Assembly: GCA_031414955.1 (NCBI GenBank)
Contig: JANOQV010000036.1
Location: 1 to 59,469 of the forward strand
Reading direction: 5' to 3'
DNA length: 59,469 nt
From: Pedosphaera sp.
GTDB taxonomy: Bacteria > Verrucomicrobiota > Verrucomicrobiia > Limisphaerales > SIBH01
Each line of letters begins with the position of its first letter. Position 1 is the stretch's first letter. The notes beneath the pieces are model-generated. The model was not told the DNA's origin. It ran no database searches and worked only from the letters and a program-made list of their open reading frames with translations. The translations under genes were made by a program, and so were the position numbers. Positions 28,487 through 38,200 of this stretch are shown here, in pieces.

Positions 28487-29691
28487 GCGTGCGTGAGCCG
28501 TCCGGGATAGGGAATGATCTTGGCCGTGGCGGACTGATTCACCGCCGCCCGAGCCGGGGAACGTGAGGTCACCATGACCAGCAGCCACCCGAGCAGCAGC
28601 GTGATCGCGCCCACCGCGACGTGGGCGGTGGTGACGTCCACCTTGCGCTGCGAAAGGATGGTGAGGATGCCGAGCGCGACCTGGACCAGCACGGTGGCCA
28701 CCCACAGTGCGGCCAGTTTGCGCAGCGCCGAACCCCTGGCGGTGCGCCGCCAAACCAGCACCGCGCAGCCGATGATGGCCAGCAACACCGCGCATCCGGT
28801 GATGCGATGCAGCATGTGAAGGACAATGTGCGGCGCGGTGATGGCGTTCTCACCCGCCGCTTCAAGGCGCTGGGCATTGTAAGCAGCAACCGAGGCAGCA
28901 TCCGTGGCGGGCCAGACCTTCCCGTAGGCCAACGGGAAATCTGGAACCGCGAGTCCGGCGTGCTGGTGCCGCATGGTCGCGCCGAGAAGCAGTTGCAACA
29001 GGATCACGAGACTGGTGGCAACCAGCCAGCGACGCAGGCTGATAACGGCCTGGCCCTTCCATGTTTCAATCCTCCCCTGCCCCCACCACTTGGAAGTGAT
29101 CAGCGCCAGCGAGCAGACGAAGAGGAAAAACAACTGGGCCAGCGTGGCGTGAAGAATTCCAAACTCGGTGCCCCAGCCATGCGCATCGAGCAGCACGCGC
29201 AACCCACCGAGCACACCTTGGATGATCACCGCCGCCAGTGCGATCACTCCCAACCAGCGCAAGGGCTGCGCTTCACGAAAGGCACGCGCGCTGGCATAGA
29301 TAATCACGCCAACGCAAAGCCCAGCCACAACCACGAACATGAGAGGCGTGCGGACCCCAACCAGACCGAGAACAACCACCATGGGAACGATGCCAAACCA
29401 TCTTGCTTTTCCGATCGAACCGCGCACCCAGACCCAAATCGCGAAGACCGCCGCCAAGATTCCCACAATGGATGCGCAGTAACGGTGCGAGTGCTCGTCA
29501 AAAACCCCCGCCACCCATTTCGAGTAGGGGAAAAGAAACATGTGCTCGCCGTAGGTGGTCGGCCAGTCCGGCACCGCCATGCCGACTCCCTTGGTCGTCA
29601 CGATGCCGCCCAGCGCCAGCAAAAATAAAGTCGCGACCGCAAGGGCACAGGCGAAGCCGTGCAGCCAGATCATTTCGGTCGGACGATTCAT
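28483..29691 (-). CDS. ctaA: heme A synthase (COX15/CtaA)
   Basis: GMAVPDWP, EHSHR, QGVLGG, LHATLAQ, GATMRH, HMLHR, AHVAVGA. Confidence 0.92.
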   Translation of the reverse strand: MNRPTEMIWLHGFACALAVATLFLLALGGIVTTKGVGMAVPDWPTTYGEHMFLFPYSKWVAGVFDEHSHRYCASIVGILAAVFAIWVWVRGSIGKARWFGIVPMVVVLGLVGVRTPLMFVVVAGLCVGVIIYASARAFREAQPLRWLGVIALAAVIIQGVLGGLRVLLDAHGWGTEFGILHATLAQLFFLFVCSLALITSKWWGQGRIETWKGQAVISLRRWLVATSLVILLQLLLGATMRHQHAGLAVPDFPLAYGKVWPATDAASVAAYNAQRLEAAGENAITAPHIVLHMLHRITGCAVLLAIIGCAVLVWRRTARGSALRKLAALWVATVLVQVALGILTILSQRKVDVTTAHVAVGAITLLLGWLLVMVTSRSPARAAVNQSATAKIIPYPGRLTHA

Positions 29692-29755
29692 TTCTTAACG
29701 AGCGATGCCGCTGCGACCCAGGCCGCAGCGGCATCCATCAAATCATCGGCTCAAC

Positions 29756-30460
29756 TTACGGAGCCGGAGTGGCTTTGACCTCGAGGGTGAAATCCTGCGA
29801 CTTCTTTTCGTCCGCGCCCACTTTGACTTTGGCCGTCGAAGCGCCCGCCTTGAGATGGAAGGCCTCCACCGTGTAATCGCCCGCCGGCACGCCGGAAATC
29901 TTGAAGTTGCCCTCCTTGTCCGTGACCGCGAAGTACGGATGATCCACCACGCCCACATAGGCGAACATCCACGGATGCACGTCGCACTTGAACTTCAGCA
30001 GCACCTCAGGGGCGGCGAAGGTGAAAGCCGTAGTCATGCCCTTGAGCGGTTGGCCGACGTTTTTCTCCTTATTCGCTGAACCCGGCTTGGGCATGGCGTG
30101 AACATTGTGGAGGACGGGGTCGGAGTTTTTGACGTTGAACGACTGTCCAGACTGCACACCGAGCACATAAGGAGTGTACTCACAGTTCACCTGGTCGAGT
30201 AAAGGTGCCGCACCCGTGGCCGGGGTGGGCTTGGCTCCTTCCTTCAAATAGACAAACACGTTGGCCAGCCCTTTGTCGGCGCTGACGACGTAATGGCGCG
30301 TGGTGAGACCGTTCGGGGAGGCCTTACCACAGGCGGCATCAAGGGGGATTACTTTCTCCGGGAGAGGAGTGCCGGTGAGCTTCACTTTACCGGAGATTTC
30401 AGCCGCCGAAACGGTGCCGGCCAGTGCCGCCAAGGTCAAAACAGAAAGAGTTATTTTCAT
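29756..30460 (-). CDS. secreted cupredoxin-like / carboxypeptidase-regulatory-like domain protein
   Basis: Signal peptide; DQVNCEY, NSDPVLHNVH, KCDVHPWM; G.F.ISGVPAGDYTV. Confidence 0.8.
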   Translation of the reverse strand: MKITLSVLTLAALAGTVSAAEISGKVKLTGTPLPEKVIPLDAACGKASPNGLTTRHYVVSADKGLANVFVYLKEGAKPTPATGAAPLLDQVNCEYTPYVLGVQSGQSFNVKNSDPVLHNVHAMPKPGSANKEKNVGQPLKGMTTAFTFAAPEVLLKFKCDVHPWMFAYVGVVDHPYFAVTDKEGNFKISGVPAGDYTVEAFHLKAGASTAKVKVGADEKKSQDFTLEVKATPAP

Positions 30461-30505
30461 AAATAGGTTCGAAAACTAGCATTCAAGTTTAGCCGATCAA
30501 GAGAT

Positions 30506-30523
30506 TTGTGAAACATTTCACAA
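30506..30523. promoter_or_regulatory. Rex operator / CRP-family site upstream of the cox operon
   Basis: TTGTGAA-ACAT-TTCACAA matches the Rex consensus TTGTGAAN4TTCACAA and also TGTGA-N6-TCACA. Confidence 0.7.
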
Positions 30524-30696
30524 TGTCCCGATGGCCATCCGGCATCCCTTCAGGAAAGTCGAACAACCATGCCTACTGGACGAGGCAGAACAGGGAATCT
30601 TTCAATCGTGGTCGAGGTTTCCGGCCGCGATGCCGCGCCGAGTGGATTCCTCGTCTTAATTTTGGCTTCTTCGACCGGTTAGAAAATGAGATTCCG

Positions 30697-30730
30697 AAAA
30701 AAAAGAAGCCGGACTTGCGTCCGGCTTCTT
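30697..30730 (-). terminator. intrinsic terminator of the Ig-domain gene
   Basis: Stem AAGAAGCCGGAC-TTGC-GTCCGGCTTCTT next to an A run (U tract on the minus strand). Confidence 0.85.
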
Positions 30731-30755
30731 CGTGATTCAATTCAGAAGTCCAGCC

Positions 30756-33700
30756 TTAGGGAGCAAGGCTGAAGAACTTAACCGGCGTACCCGGCAGAGG
30801 CGTGAAGGTATAGGGGTTCGGATTGCCCAACACGGGAGCCCAGACGGTCAAGCCGCCACCTTCGATCGCCGTGGCGCATTGCAGCGTGCCGCTACCCGTC
30901 CAAGAGACGGTCACCGATCCGTCGAGGTTGTAAGCGACATGCACTGTCGGTCCGACGGCGGCGAACGTGGTGACAAGCCCACGCAGTTCCATGCCCCAGT
31001 CAATATCCGAGCTGTTCAGCGCGCTCTGATGCACTTCCGCAGCGATGATGTTGTTGGCCTGGACGAAACCAGCCAGGTTTGAGGTCACCAAAGTCGCTTC
31101 GGTAGAGCCGGCGATGGCGAAGTTCGTGTAGTTCGCCGTGTTCGTCAGGTTGAAGCGCATCTGCTCGGCACCGTTTACGTAGATGGCGGCACCATCGTCG
31201 ATGTAAGAGCGGGCGAACAGGGTGTTGCCCGGCAAGGTCGGATCGAAGGGCAGGCTGACCGTGGTGCGGAAGTAGATGGTCACGTTCGTCCCGCCGATTC
31301 CGCCCCCAGTGTTGTTGGTGAGAGAGAGGACGGTGTTGGTGCCGTTACCGCCCGCGAGGTTGGTGAACAAAGTCAGAACATTCACTGAATCCTCGAAACC
31401 CAAGAAGCCCGCACCAGAAGGCCACGCGCTGTCATTGAAGCTCACGCCCCTCCAAGCTGTGCCCAAGTTTGCCCCGGTCTCTTCGTAACGCCAAACCTGC
31501 GCGAAGCCGAACACGCTGATCTCACAAACCACGGAGCGGCTGCTCGGGGTCGCGGGGTTTTCATTCACGGCCGTGTCGATGACTCCGCTCAAGTCGATCG
31601 TGTAGTTCTGGCTCTGGGTCCGAGGGCTGGTCACGAGCCTGACGGTGGTGCCGCCCACGAGGGTGGCGGATTCGATGGTCAGATTGCCACCGCCGGCGGT
31701 CAGGTGGACGCTGTAGTTGCCGGGCGTTTCAGCACTGCTCTGGTTCAACAATTCTCCGAAGGTCAGGAGGATGTTGGTGAGCGTGATGTCGGCTACAGCC
31801 GAGAGGAAGGCCGGACCGGTTACGTCGTCGATGACATCAACCACTGCATTCGCACTGATGAGGCCTCCAAGTGCGTTCGAGACCGCCACGCTGAAGGTGC
31901 CGTCATCGCTCGGCACAGTGGCCAGAATGCCATAGCTGGGACCATTCGCGCCCGGGATGTCAATGCCGCCCTTGCGCCACTGGTAGGTGATCGGCACGGC
32001 ACCGGAGGCGGTCACGCTGAGCGTAAATCCCTGACCTTCGTTGACCGTGGTCAATGCAGCCGGCTGCGTGGTGATAATCACGGGGCCGGTCGGGTACTCA
32101 GGAATCGAAGCGGTCAACTCGATCGCCATCTCAATGTCCGAGCTGGTGCCACCGGATTGGAGCACCATCACGGCGATGACGTTATCGCCGCCGAACACAT
32201 TGCTCAACGGCAGTGTGACCGGCGCGGAGATCGGCGTCGGGTCAACCGCAGCGCCAGTGGCGCGAGCCACATTGTTCAGCACCGTAGCGGCACCGACATT
32301 GATGCGCATGGTTTCCACACCGTTGAGGAAGATGATGGCGCCATCCTCGAAGACATGACGCATGTTAAGCACCAGCCCGTTGGTGCCCGACGGGAGGGTG
32401 AAGTGGCGGCGGAAGAAGGTCGGCTCGCTGCGGGCGGAATAACCGGTGGGAGTGCGAACTGGCACACCGTTAACCGAAGCATCCAAGCCCAGGCCCGCCG
32501 GACCTTCCGGCCAGAGTGAATCGTCATAGGCCACCGTTTGCCAGCCCACAGGGATGGAGAATTCGGTGTCTGGGTTGTAGGTCGGGCCGGCCACGCCGTT
32601 GCTCAGGGTGCCAAACTTCCAGATGTTGTTCACGTCGAAATCCACCAAAAGCAGGTTCTGGGTGATGAGCGGGAGATCCGTCGGATTTGGGTCAATCACG
32701 TTCTGGGCCGAAGAGTTATCGCGGATTTCCTGGATGCGGATGGAGTAGTTCGTGCCGACGATGCGCGGGTCGGTGGTAATGACCACGTTCGAGGGGTTTG
32801 AAAGCACCGCTCCGGTGGTGAGGAGGTAGTCGAAATCCGGATCACTGCCGGTGGGGAACAGGGTGAAGTTCGCGGGATCAACACCCGTGGCCAGAATGGC
32901 TTCGGAGAACGTGATGGTGACCGTGGTCTGGTCAGGGTTGCCCAACACACGGACAATGGCAGGAGCGGCGCTGTCAGGAGTCACCGTCAGAGTAGCAGTT
33001 GAACTGGTCACGCCACCGAGTGAATTGCTCACCACCACATAGATTTGAGCGGCGTCGTTACCCGGGGAAGCCGCCGAAGGAATGGTGAAGGTCTGGGAGT
33101 TATTGCCGGGAACCGGGATGGTGTTGCTAAACCAGTAATAGTCCCTCGGGGAACCGCCGGCCACCACGGTGAAAGAGGCAGGAGATCGCTCTCCGACGGT
33201 AAGGTTGGCGGGCGAATTGGTGATGGTGATCGCAGTGAGGTTGAGCGGCACCACGCCGCTGACCGCGAAGTTGTCGATGGCAAAAGCACCATCGGCCCCG
33301 GTCAGGTTGTTGTCATCCAAGAACATAATGAAGAGGTCGCCATTATCCGGCCAGGAACCCAAAGCCAGGGTGGCACTGAGCGATCCCGCCGCGATGATGC
33401 CAGAGAAATTAGGAATCGGAGTCCAACTGCTCGGCAAACCCGTCTGGCTGTAGAAAACCCGTTGGCCCGGGATTTCGTCCGTCACAGGAGCCACGGGAAT
33501 GGTGTAATTATAACTGACGGTGATGGAACTCACCCCGCCGCCGGAGGTGTTCCGCAACCGAGCCATGAGCACCGCGTAAGGGACGCCGGTGGGCTGCGTG
33601 ACGAGGAATGTTCCGACGGTGTTGTGGCGGGCCAGACGGGCAGTGCCGTTGGCCGCAGTCGTCCCAAGAGCCGTGGTAAAGGTGGTCGAGTCGAGGAGCA

Positions 33701-33929
33701 CGGCAGCAGCATCGAGAGCCGCAGGGGTGACGTAAGTGCCGGCAGCACCGACCAAAGTATCGAAGGTGGACCATTCCGTGGCCGCAGGCGCGGTGGTAAA
33801 TGGATCGGCGGGAGCGCCGGAGAGGGTGACAGGAATCACGGCCTGCACGCTGGCGGTGACACCCATGAGGATGCCGAGGGCGAGAGATACGCGAGTCGGG
33901 ATCGCGAGACGATTGAGTATTCTTTTCAT
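30756..33929 (-). CDS. large secreted Ig-like / jelly-roll repeat exoprotein
   Basis: Signal peptide; two modules of I-set Ig (YQWRK/YYWFS...VSN.LGG..S..A), Big_5-like (ITFSE/LTFGE) and beta-sandwich (W..G..G.G, T.FR..F, DGA.I.NG.E..R); short C-terminal module ending KFFSLAP. Confidence 0.85.
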   Translation of the reverse strand: MKRILNRLAIPTRVSLALGILMGVTASVQAVIPVTLSGAPADPFTTAPAATEWSTFDTLVGAAGTYVTPAALDAAAVLLDSTTFTTALGTTAANGTARLARHNTVGTFLVTQPTGVPYAVLMARLRNTSGGGVSSITVSYNYTIPVAPVTDEIPGQRVFYSQTGLPSSWTPIPNFSGIIAAGSLSATLALGSWPDNGDLFIMFLDDNNLTGADGAFAIDNFAVSGVVPLNLTAITITNSPANLTVGERSPASFTVVAGGSPRDYYWFSNTIPVPGNNSQTFTIPSAASPGNDAAQIYVVVSNSLGGVTSSTATLTVTPDSAAPAIVRVLGNPDQTTVTITFSEAILATGVDPANFTLFPTGSDPDFDYLLTTGAVLSNPSNVVITTDPRIVGTNYSIRIQEIRDNSSAQNVIDPNPTDLPLITQNLLLVDFDVNNIWKFGTLSNGVAGPTYNPDTEFSIPVGWQTVAYDDSLWPEGPAGLGLDASVNGVPVRTPTGYSARSEPTFFRRHFTLPSGTNGLVLNMRHVFEDGAIIFLNGVETMRINVGAATVLNNVARATGAAVDPTPISAPVTLPLSNVFGGDNVIAVMVLQSGGTSSDIEMAIELTASIPEYPTGPVIITTQPAALTTVNEGQGFTLSVTASGAVPITYQWRKGGIDIPGANGPSYGILATVPSDDGTFSVAVSNALGGLISANAVVDVIDDVTGPAFLSAVADITLTNILLTFGELLNQSSAETPGNYSVHLTAGGGNLTIESATLVGGTTVRLVTSPRTQSQNYTIDLSGVIDTAVNENPATPSSRSVVCEISVFGFAQVWRYEETGANLGTAWRGVSFNDSAWPSGAGFLGFEDSVNVLTLFTNLAGGNGTNTVLSLTNNTGGGIGGTNVTIYFRTTVSLPFDPTLPGNTLFARSYIDDGAAIYVNGAEQMRFNLTNTANYTNFAIAGSTEATLVTSNLAGFVQANNIIAAEVHQSALNSSDIDWGMELRGLVTTFAAVGPTVHVAYNLDGSVTVSWTGSGTLQCATAIEGGGLTVWAPVLGNPNPYTFTPLPGTPVKFFSLAP

Positions 33930-34216
33930 ACGAGGAGCGGTTTTTTTGTTTTCTTCGTTCAAATTTGAGACAAAGGTTTTCTGTTCGTTTGAGTCTGGAA
34001 CGCCAAATGATTATCGGAGCCGGAGAAAAACCGCAACTATAAACTCTCCCCGAGCCGCAGTATTCTTCCGACCGACCCAGCAAAACCCGCCGAACAGCCC
34101 ACCGCAGGGCGAGGTTGGGGAACCATCGCTTTCTTTATTCTCCATAAGACAACACCGCGCGAGGCGATGAAGATGGTGAGCCATGGAATTGACACTGGCA
34201 GCGGTGGTTGATTTGA

Positions 34217-34425
34217 ACCTGAACTCCGAGGCCGGAAAGGCGGGCCGGCCGCGGGCGGGCCACAACCCTCTTCGGGGCGCGGGTTTTCAACCCGCCGCAC
34301 GCTGCTCCAGCCGGAGATCGAGATGGTTTCTGCAACTTCTGCCCCGGCCACGCGCTACAGGGTTGAAAACCCGCGCGCCGGGTCCAGGCCACTGCCGGGC
34401 TGAGGTTCGACTTCGGAATTCGGGT
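34217..34425. mobile_element. MITE family A (209 bp) carrying a REP doublet
   Basis: TIRs ACCTGAACTCCGAGG / CTTCGGAATTCGGGT (12/15), flanked by TGA (34214-16) and TGA (34426-28); internal GCGCGGGTTTTCAACCC ... GGGTTGAAAACCCGCGC. Confidence 0.7.
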
Positions 34426-34469
34426 TGAGAATTCTGCCTCCCCTCAGCGGCGACAGTCCCGAACCTGCC

Positions 34470-35267
34470 TTACTCCGCGCGGACTGGCTCCCACTTGTTG
34501 GTGGTGTATTTCCCACCGGAGTTCACCTCAGACTGGCCGACGATTTTATCGCCCGAGAGCGAACCACGAAAGCGGTTGGTGCGCACCCCGCCGCCCTCGC
34601 TCTGGGAAACCCGCTCCGTCTCGAAATACAGCCGTCCGTCAGTGAATGAACCTCGATGGAGTTCCACCGTCCCGCCGGGTGCTCCGCCCGGAGCACCGCC
34701 ACCGGGGCCACCCCGGCCCGGGCCGCCGCCGCGACCGCCTCCGGCCGGACCCGGTTTCATGGTGCCAGTGACGTTCCCGCCCTCCAGCTTCAAGCTCATG
34801 GCCCACTCCATGGTTCGGCCGGGGCCGAAGCCGGGCGCGCTCCACTTCCAATCGCCCTCGGGGCCGCTGGGGCGTTTCGCCTCCCAGCCGACGGTCTGTT
34901 CCACGCCGTCCAACTTGGAGGTGATCTGGCCGATGATGACGTCGCCCTGGAGCTCGCCGACGTAATGAGTCACGATCTTCGCCCCCTCCCGTTCGCGCAC
35001 GATGTCGAAACTGATCTGGTGGTTCTGAAACTTGAGCTTCACCGCCGGGGCGTCGGAGCCAGGGCGAAAGGACGAGGTGGCAGTAAGCGCGCCGTCCTTC
35101 AGCTTGAACTTCACGCGCGCGGGCACTTCCGCGCCATCGGACGTGCGATAGGTCCATTTCCAGGTGCCTTCGAGTGGCGACTTGGGTTTGGCGGCTTCGG
35201 CGGCGACCAAATTCAGGGCCGGGACGGCCACCAGCAACCAGCCGGCCAATAAAGTCTTGAAATTCAT
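34470..35267 (-). CDS. secreted hypothetical protein with two tandem beta-barrel-like repeats
   Basis: Signal peptide; EGTWKW / EGDWKW, KLKDG/KLEGG, GD.I.GQ, WE..R repeated; Gly/Pro-rich insert. Confidence 0.8.
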   Translation of the reverse strand: MNFKTLLAGWLLVAVPALNLVAAEAAKPKSPLEGTWKWTYRTSDGAEVPARVKFKLKDGALTATSSFRPGSDAPAVKLKFQNHQISFDIVREREGAKIVTHYVGELQGDVIIGQITSKLDGVEQTVGWEAKRPSGPEGDWKWSAPGFGPGRTMEWAMSLKLEGGNVTGTMKPGPAGGGRGGGPGRGGPGGGAPGGAPGGTVELHRGSFTDGRLYFETERVSQSEGGGVRTNRFRGSLSGDKIVGQSEVNSGGKYTTNKWEPVRAE

Positions 35268-35283
35268 AAGCTCGGTTTCTGAA

Positions 35284-38200
35284 TCAAAGTTTGCGCCGGG
35301 CCACTTTTTCCGGCACGGCCGGCACGGTGAACTTGAGCGAGACCTTTTCCTCGTCCTTGTTATTGCGTCCGCTGTACACCACTTCGATCGCGCCGCCCTG
35401 GTCGGTGACGGTCAGGAGTCCGAAGCCGCTTTCGCCCTCCTTGTCGCGCACGCGATAGACGCCCTGGCTGTACGGGCCGCCCTTGAGGGAAGGATTCTGA
35501 TCGAGCGGCCCGCCGCACATCACCGGGATCGGCGCCCCGCCGCCGGTGGCATAATCCGAGTTGGCGCCATTGTCCGCCGCCAGCATGTGCGAATCGCCGT
35601 GCAAGATGCAGACGCCGGAGATTTGGTTGGCCTTGATGAAGTCCGCAATCTCGCGGCGCTCCGTGGTGTAGGCACTCCAGTGATCTTCGTCGCCCCCGCC
35701 GCCATTCGGATTGTTCGTCCCGGACGCGCCGCCGGGACCCCGACCGCGACCCCGGCCACGCCCCCCGCCGGCATTCGCGGTGTTGGTGACGGTGCTGGTG
35801 GTGTTGGTCGCGCGGGCCACCTCGGTCGGCTTCGCCGTCTCGTCGCCTTCGTCGCCCTCGACTGCGGCGGCGGCGGCGTTGGCGACGGCATTGGATTTAG
35901 CCGCCGCTTCCTCCTCGGCCACGGTTCCGACGGTGTTGGTCCGGCGCACCAGGTTGGTGTGGTGCAGGTAGCCCCACTCGTTGGTGCGGACCGAGCGGTA
36001 GGGGCTTTTGCCGCGTTCGCCGATCCACGGCACCGAGCTGACCCAGCAGATGAGCGGATACTTCCCGTTCGCGGCGAGCAGTTCGTCCTTGAACCACTGC
36101 TTCTGCTTCACGCCCATCATGGATTTTTGGGCGTCATCCTTCTTCTTGGGTTCGTCGCGGCCCGAGCGCAGATCGGTGAGGATGAACTTCACCCGCCCCA
36201 CGGTGAAGGTCTGGTAAATCGACTCGTCCTCATCGGCGTCGCCGAAGGGATAGTGCGGCACATACTCCTCATACGTGCGGCGGGCGGCGATGTGGGTCGG
36301 CGATTTCTTGGTCGCGTCGTTGCCGCCGTAGTCGTGGTCATCCCACATGTAAATGAACGGCAGCGCGCGGTAGAGGTCGCCCTGCTGCGGCGAGGCCAGC
36401 ACCTGATCGTAGCCGCCCCGGAAGAGGGTGCGGTTGTTGGTCTTGATGTCGAGGTAATGGAAGTCGCCCATGTTCATGTAGAACAGCGGACGATGCTCGC
36501 GGATGCGGTCGAAGACATCGCGCGTCGATCCGGTGCGCCCGCAGGAGGCGAAGGCGATCTGGAACGAGGCCGGGCCCGCCGCCGGGAAGGTCTTGAAGGC
36601 GCCACGCGTCTTGAGATCGACGTGCTTGTTCACCACCAGCGCATAGTAATACTGCGTGTCCGGCTTCAACCCCTCGGTTTTGAACGCGACCACGTTGTTC
36701 TCATTCGTGTCCGAGATCACGGCCTTGGTCAGAGCCGCCCCTTTCATGTCCTCGCTACGGCTCACGGCCAGTTGCACGCTCAGACCCGCGCGCGCGACCT
36801 TGCCTTTGACCATCGCCGAGGTGGGGGTGACGCCGCCGCTCCACGGGCCGCGCTCCACCTGCGAGTAATTCACCCCCAACTGCGTGAGCAGAAACGCATA
36901 CACGTCCGCCAGTTGCTCGACGCGTTCGTTCAACGCCGTGCCCAGGCCGTGACCGCTGGTCGAACTGGTGCCGAGCAATACCGGGTGCTTCGATCCGGTG
37001 GCGGCTTGCAGACGCGCCGCCATCTTGCGCGAGTGCGCCGGATTCACCCGGCCGTCGTTCGCGCCCGTGAGCATCAGCACCGCGGGATAGTTCTCCTGGT
37101 CGCGGACGTTGTGGTACGGCGAATAGGCCCGCAGCGCCTGGAACTGCGCCGCGTCCTTTACCGAGCCGTACTCCGTGGTGTTGAAAGCGCCGTTCGGGTC
37201 GAGTTCCGCACGCAGCAGGTCGTACACGCCGACGTGCGAAACCACCGCCGCCGCCAGTTCGGGGCGCTGCGTGAGGGTCGCGCCCATGAGCAATCCGCCG
37301 TTGCTGCGGCCTTCGAGGGCGAGCCGGGCCGGAGTGGTGTGGTTCGAGCGCACCAGGAATTCCGCGCAGGCCGCGAAGTCATCAAACACGTTCTGCTTGT
37401 GGGTGAGATTGCCAGCCCCACGCCAGGGCTCGCCAAATTCGCTGCCGCCGCGCAGGTTCGCGATGGCCAGGATGCCGCCCTGGTCAAACCACACCCGCGA
37501 GGTGAAATCAAAGCGCGGCGTCCGGCTGATGCCGTAACCGCCGTAGCCGGTGAGGATGGCCGGGCTGGTGCCATTCACCCGCGTGCCTTTGCGGCGCAGG
37601 ATGGTCATCGGCACCGAGGTCTTGTCCTTGGATGCGACCTTCACCCGCACCGCTTCGACGTCGGCGAAGGGCACCGGCGACTTGCCGCGCAAGGCCGTGG
37701 CCTCGGGCTTGTCGCGATCCTTGTTCGTGTCGTACTTCCACCAGGTGAACGGCTCGGTGTAGCTCTCGGAGCGGAAAAGAATCTCATCCCCGCGCGTCAC
37801 CAGCATCTGATCGACACTGTGCGGCACCTTGAAATCGGGGTTCGTCGAACGGCTGCTCGGGCCGCTCAGGTCGCGGTTGAAGAAGTCCTTGTAAACGAAC
37901 TCCATCGGTCCGCCCTTCACATACGCGAGCGCTACACCGCTGGCCGTCGGCTTGAAGTGATGGAGGCTGTTCGTGCCTTCCTTGATCACCACGCTGGCGG
38001 CGGCCAGATCGGGACGGGCCAGTTTCACGCGCAGGATGTTTCCCATGGGCGCATCCTTGGTCGAGAGCAGGTAGATGGAATCGTTGCGCCCCAGTTCGAT
38101 GGAAAGCGGGTCACGCCCGAACTCCGCCTGCTTCACGCCATCCTCGAAGCGCGTGATCTGCTGCCACTCACCCCGTGGCGTGCGCAGGTAATGCGCGAAC

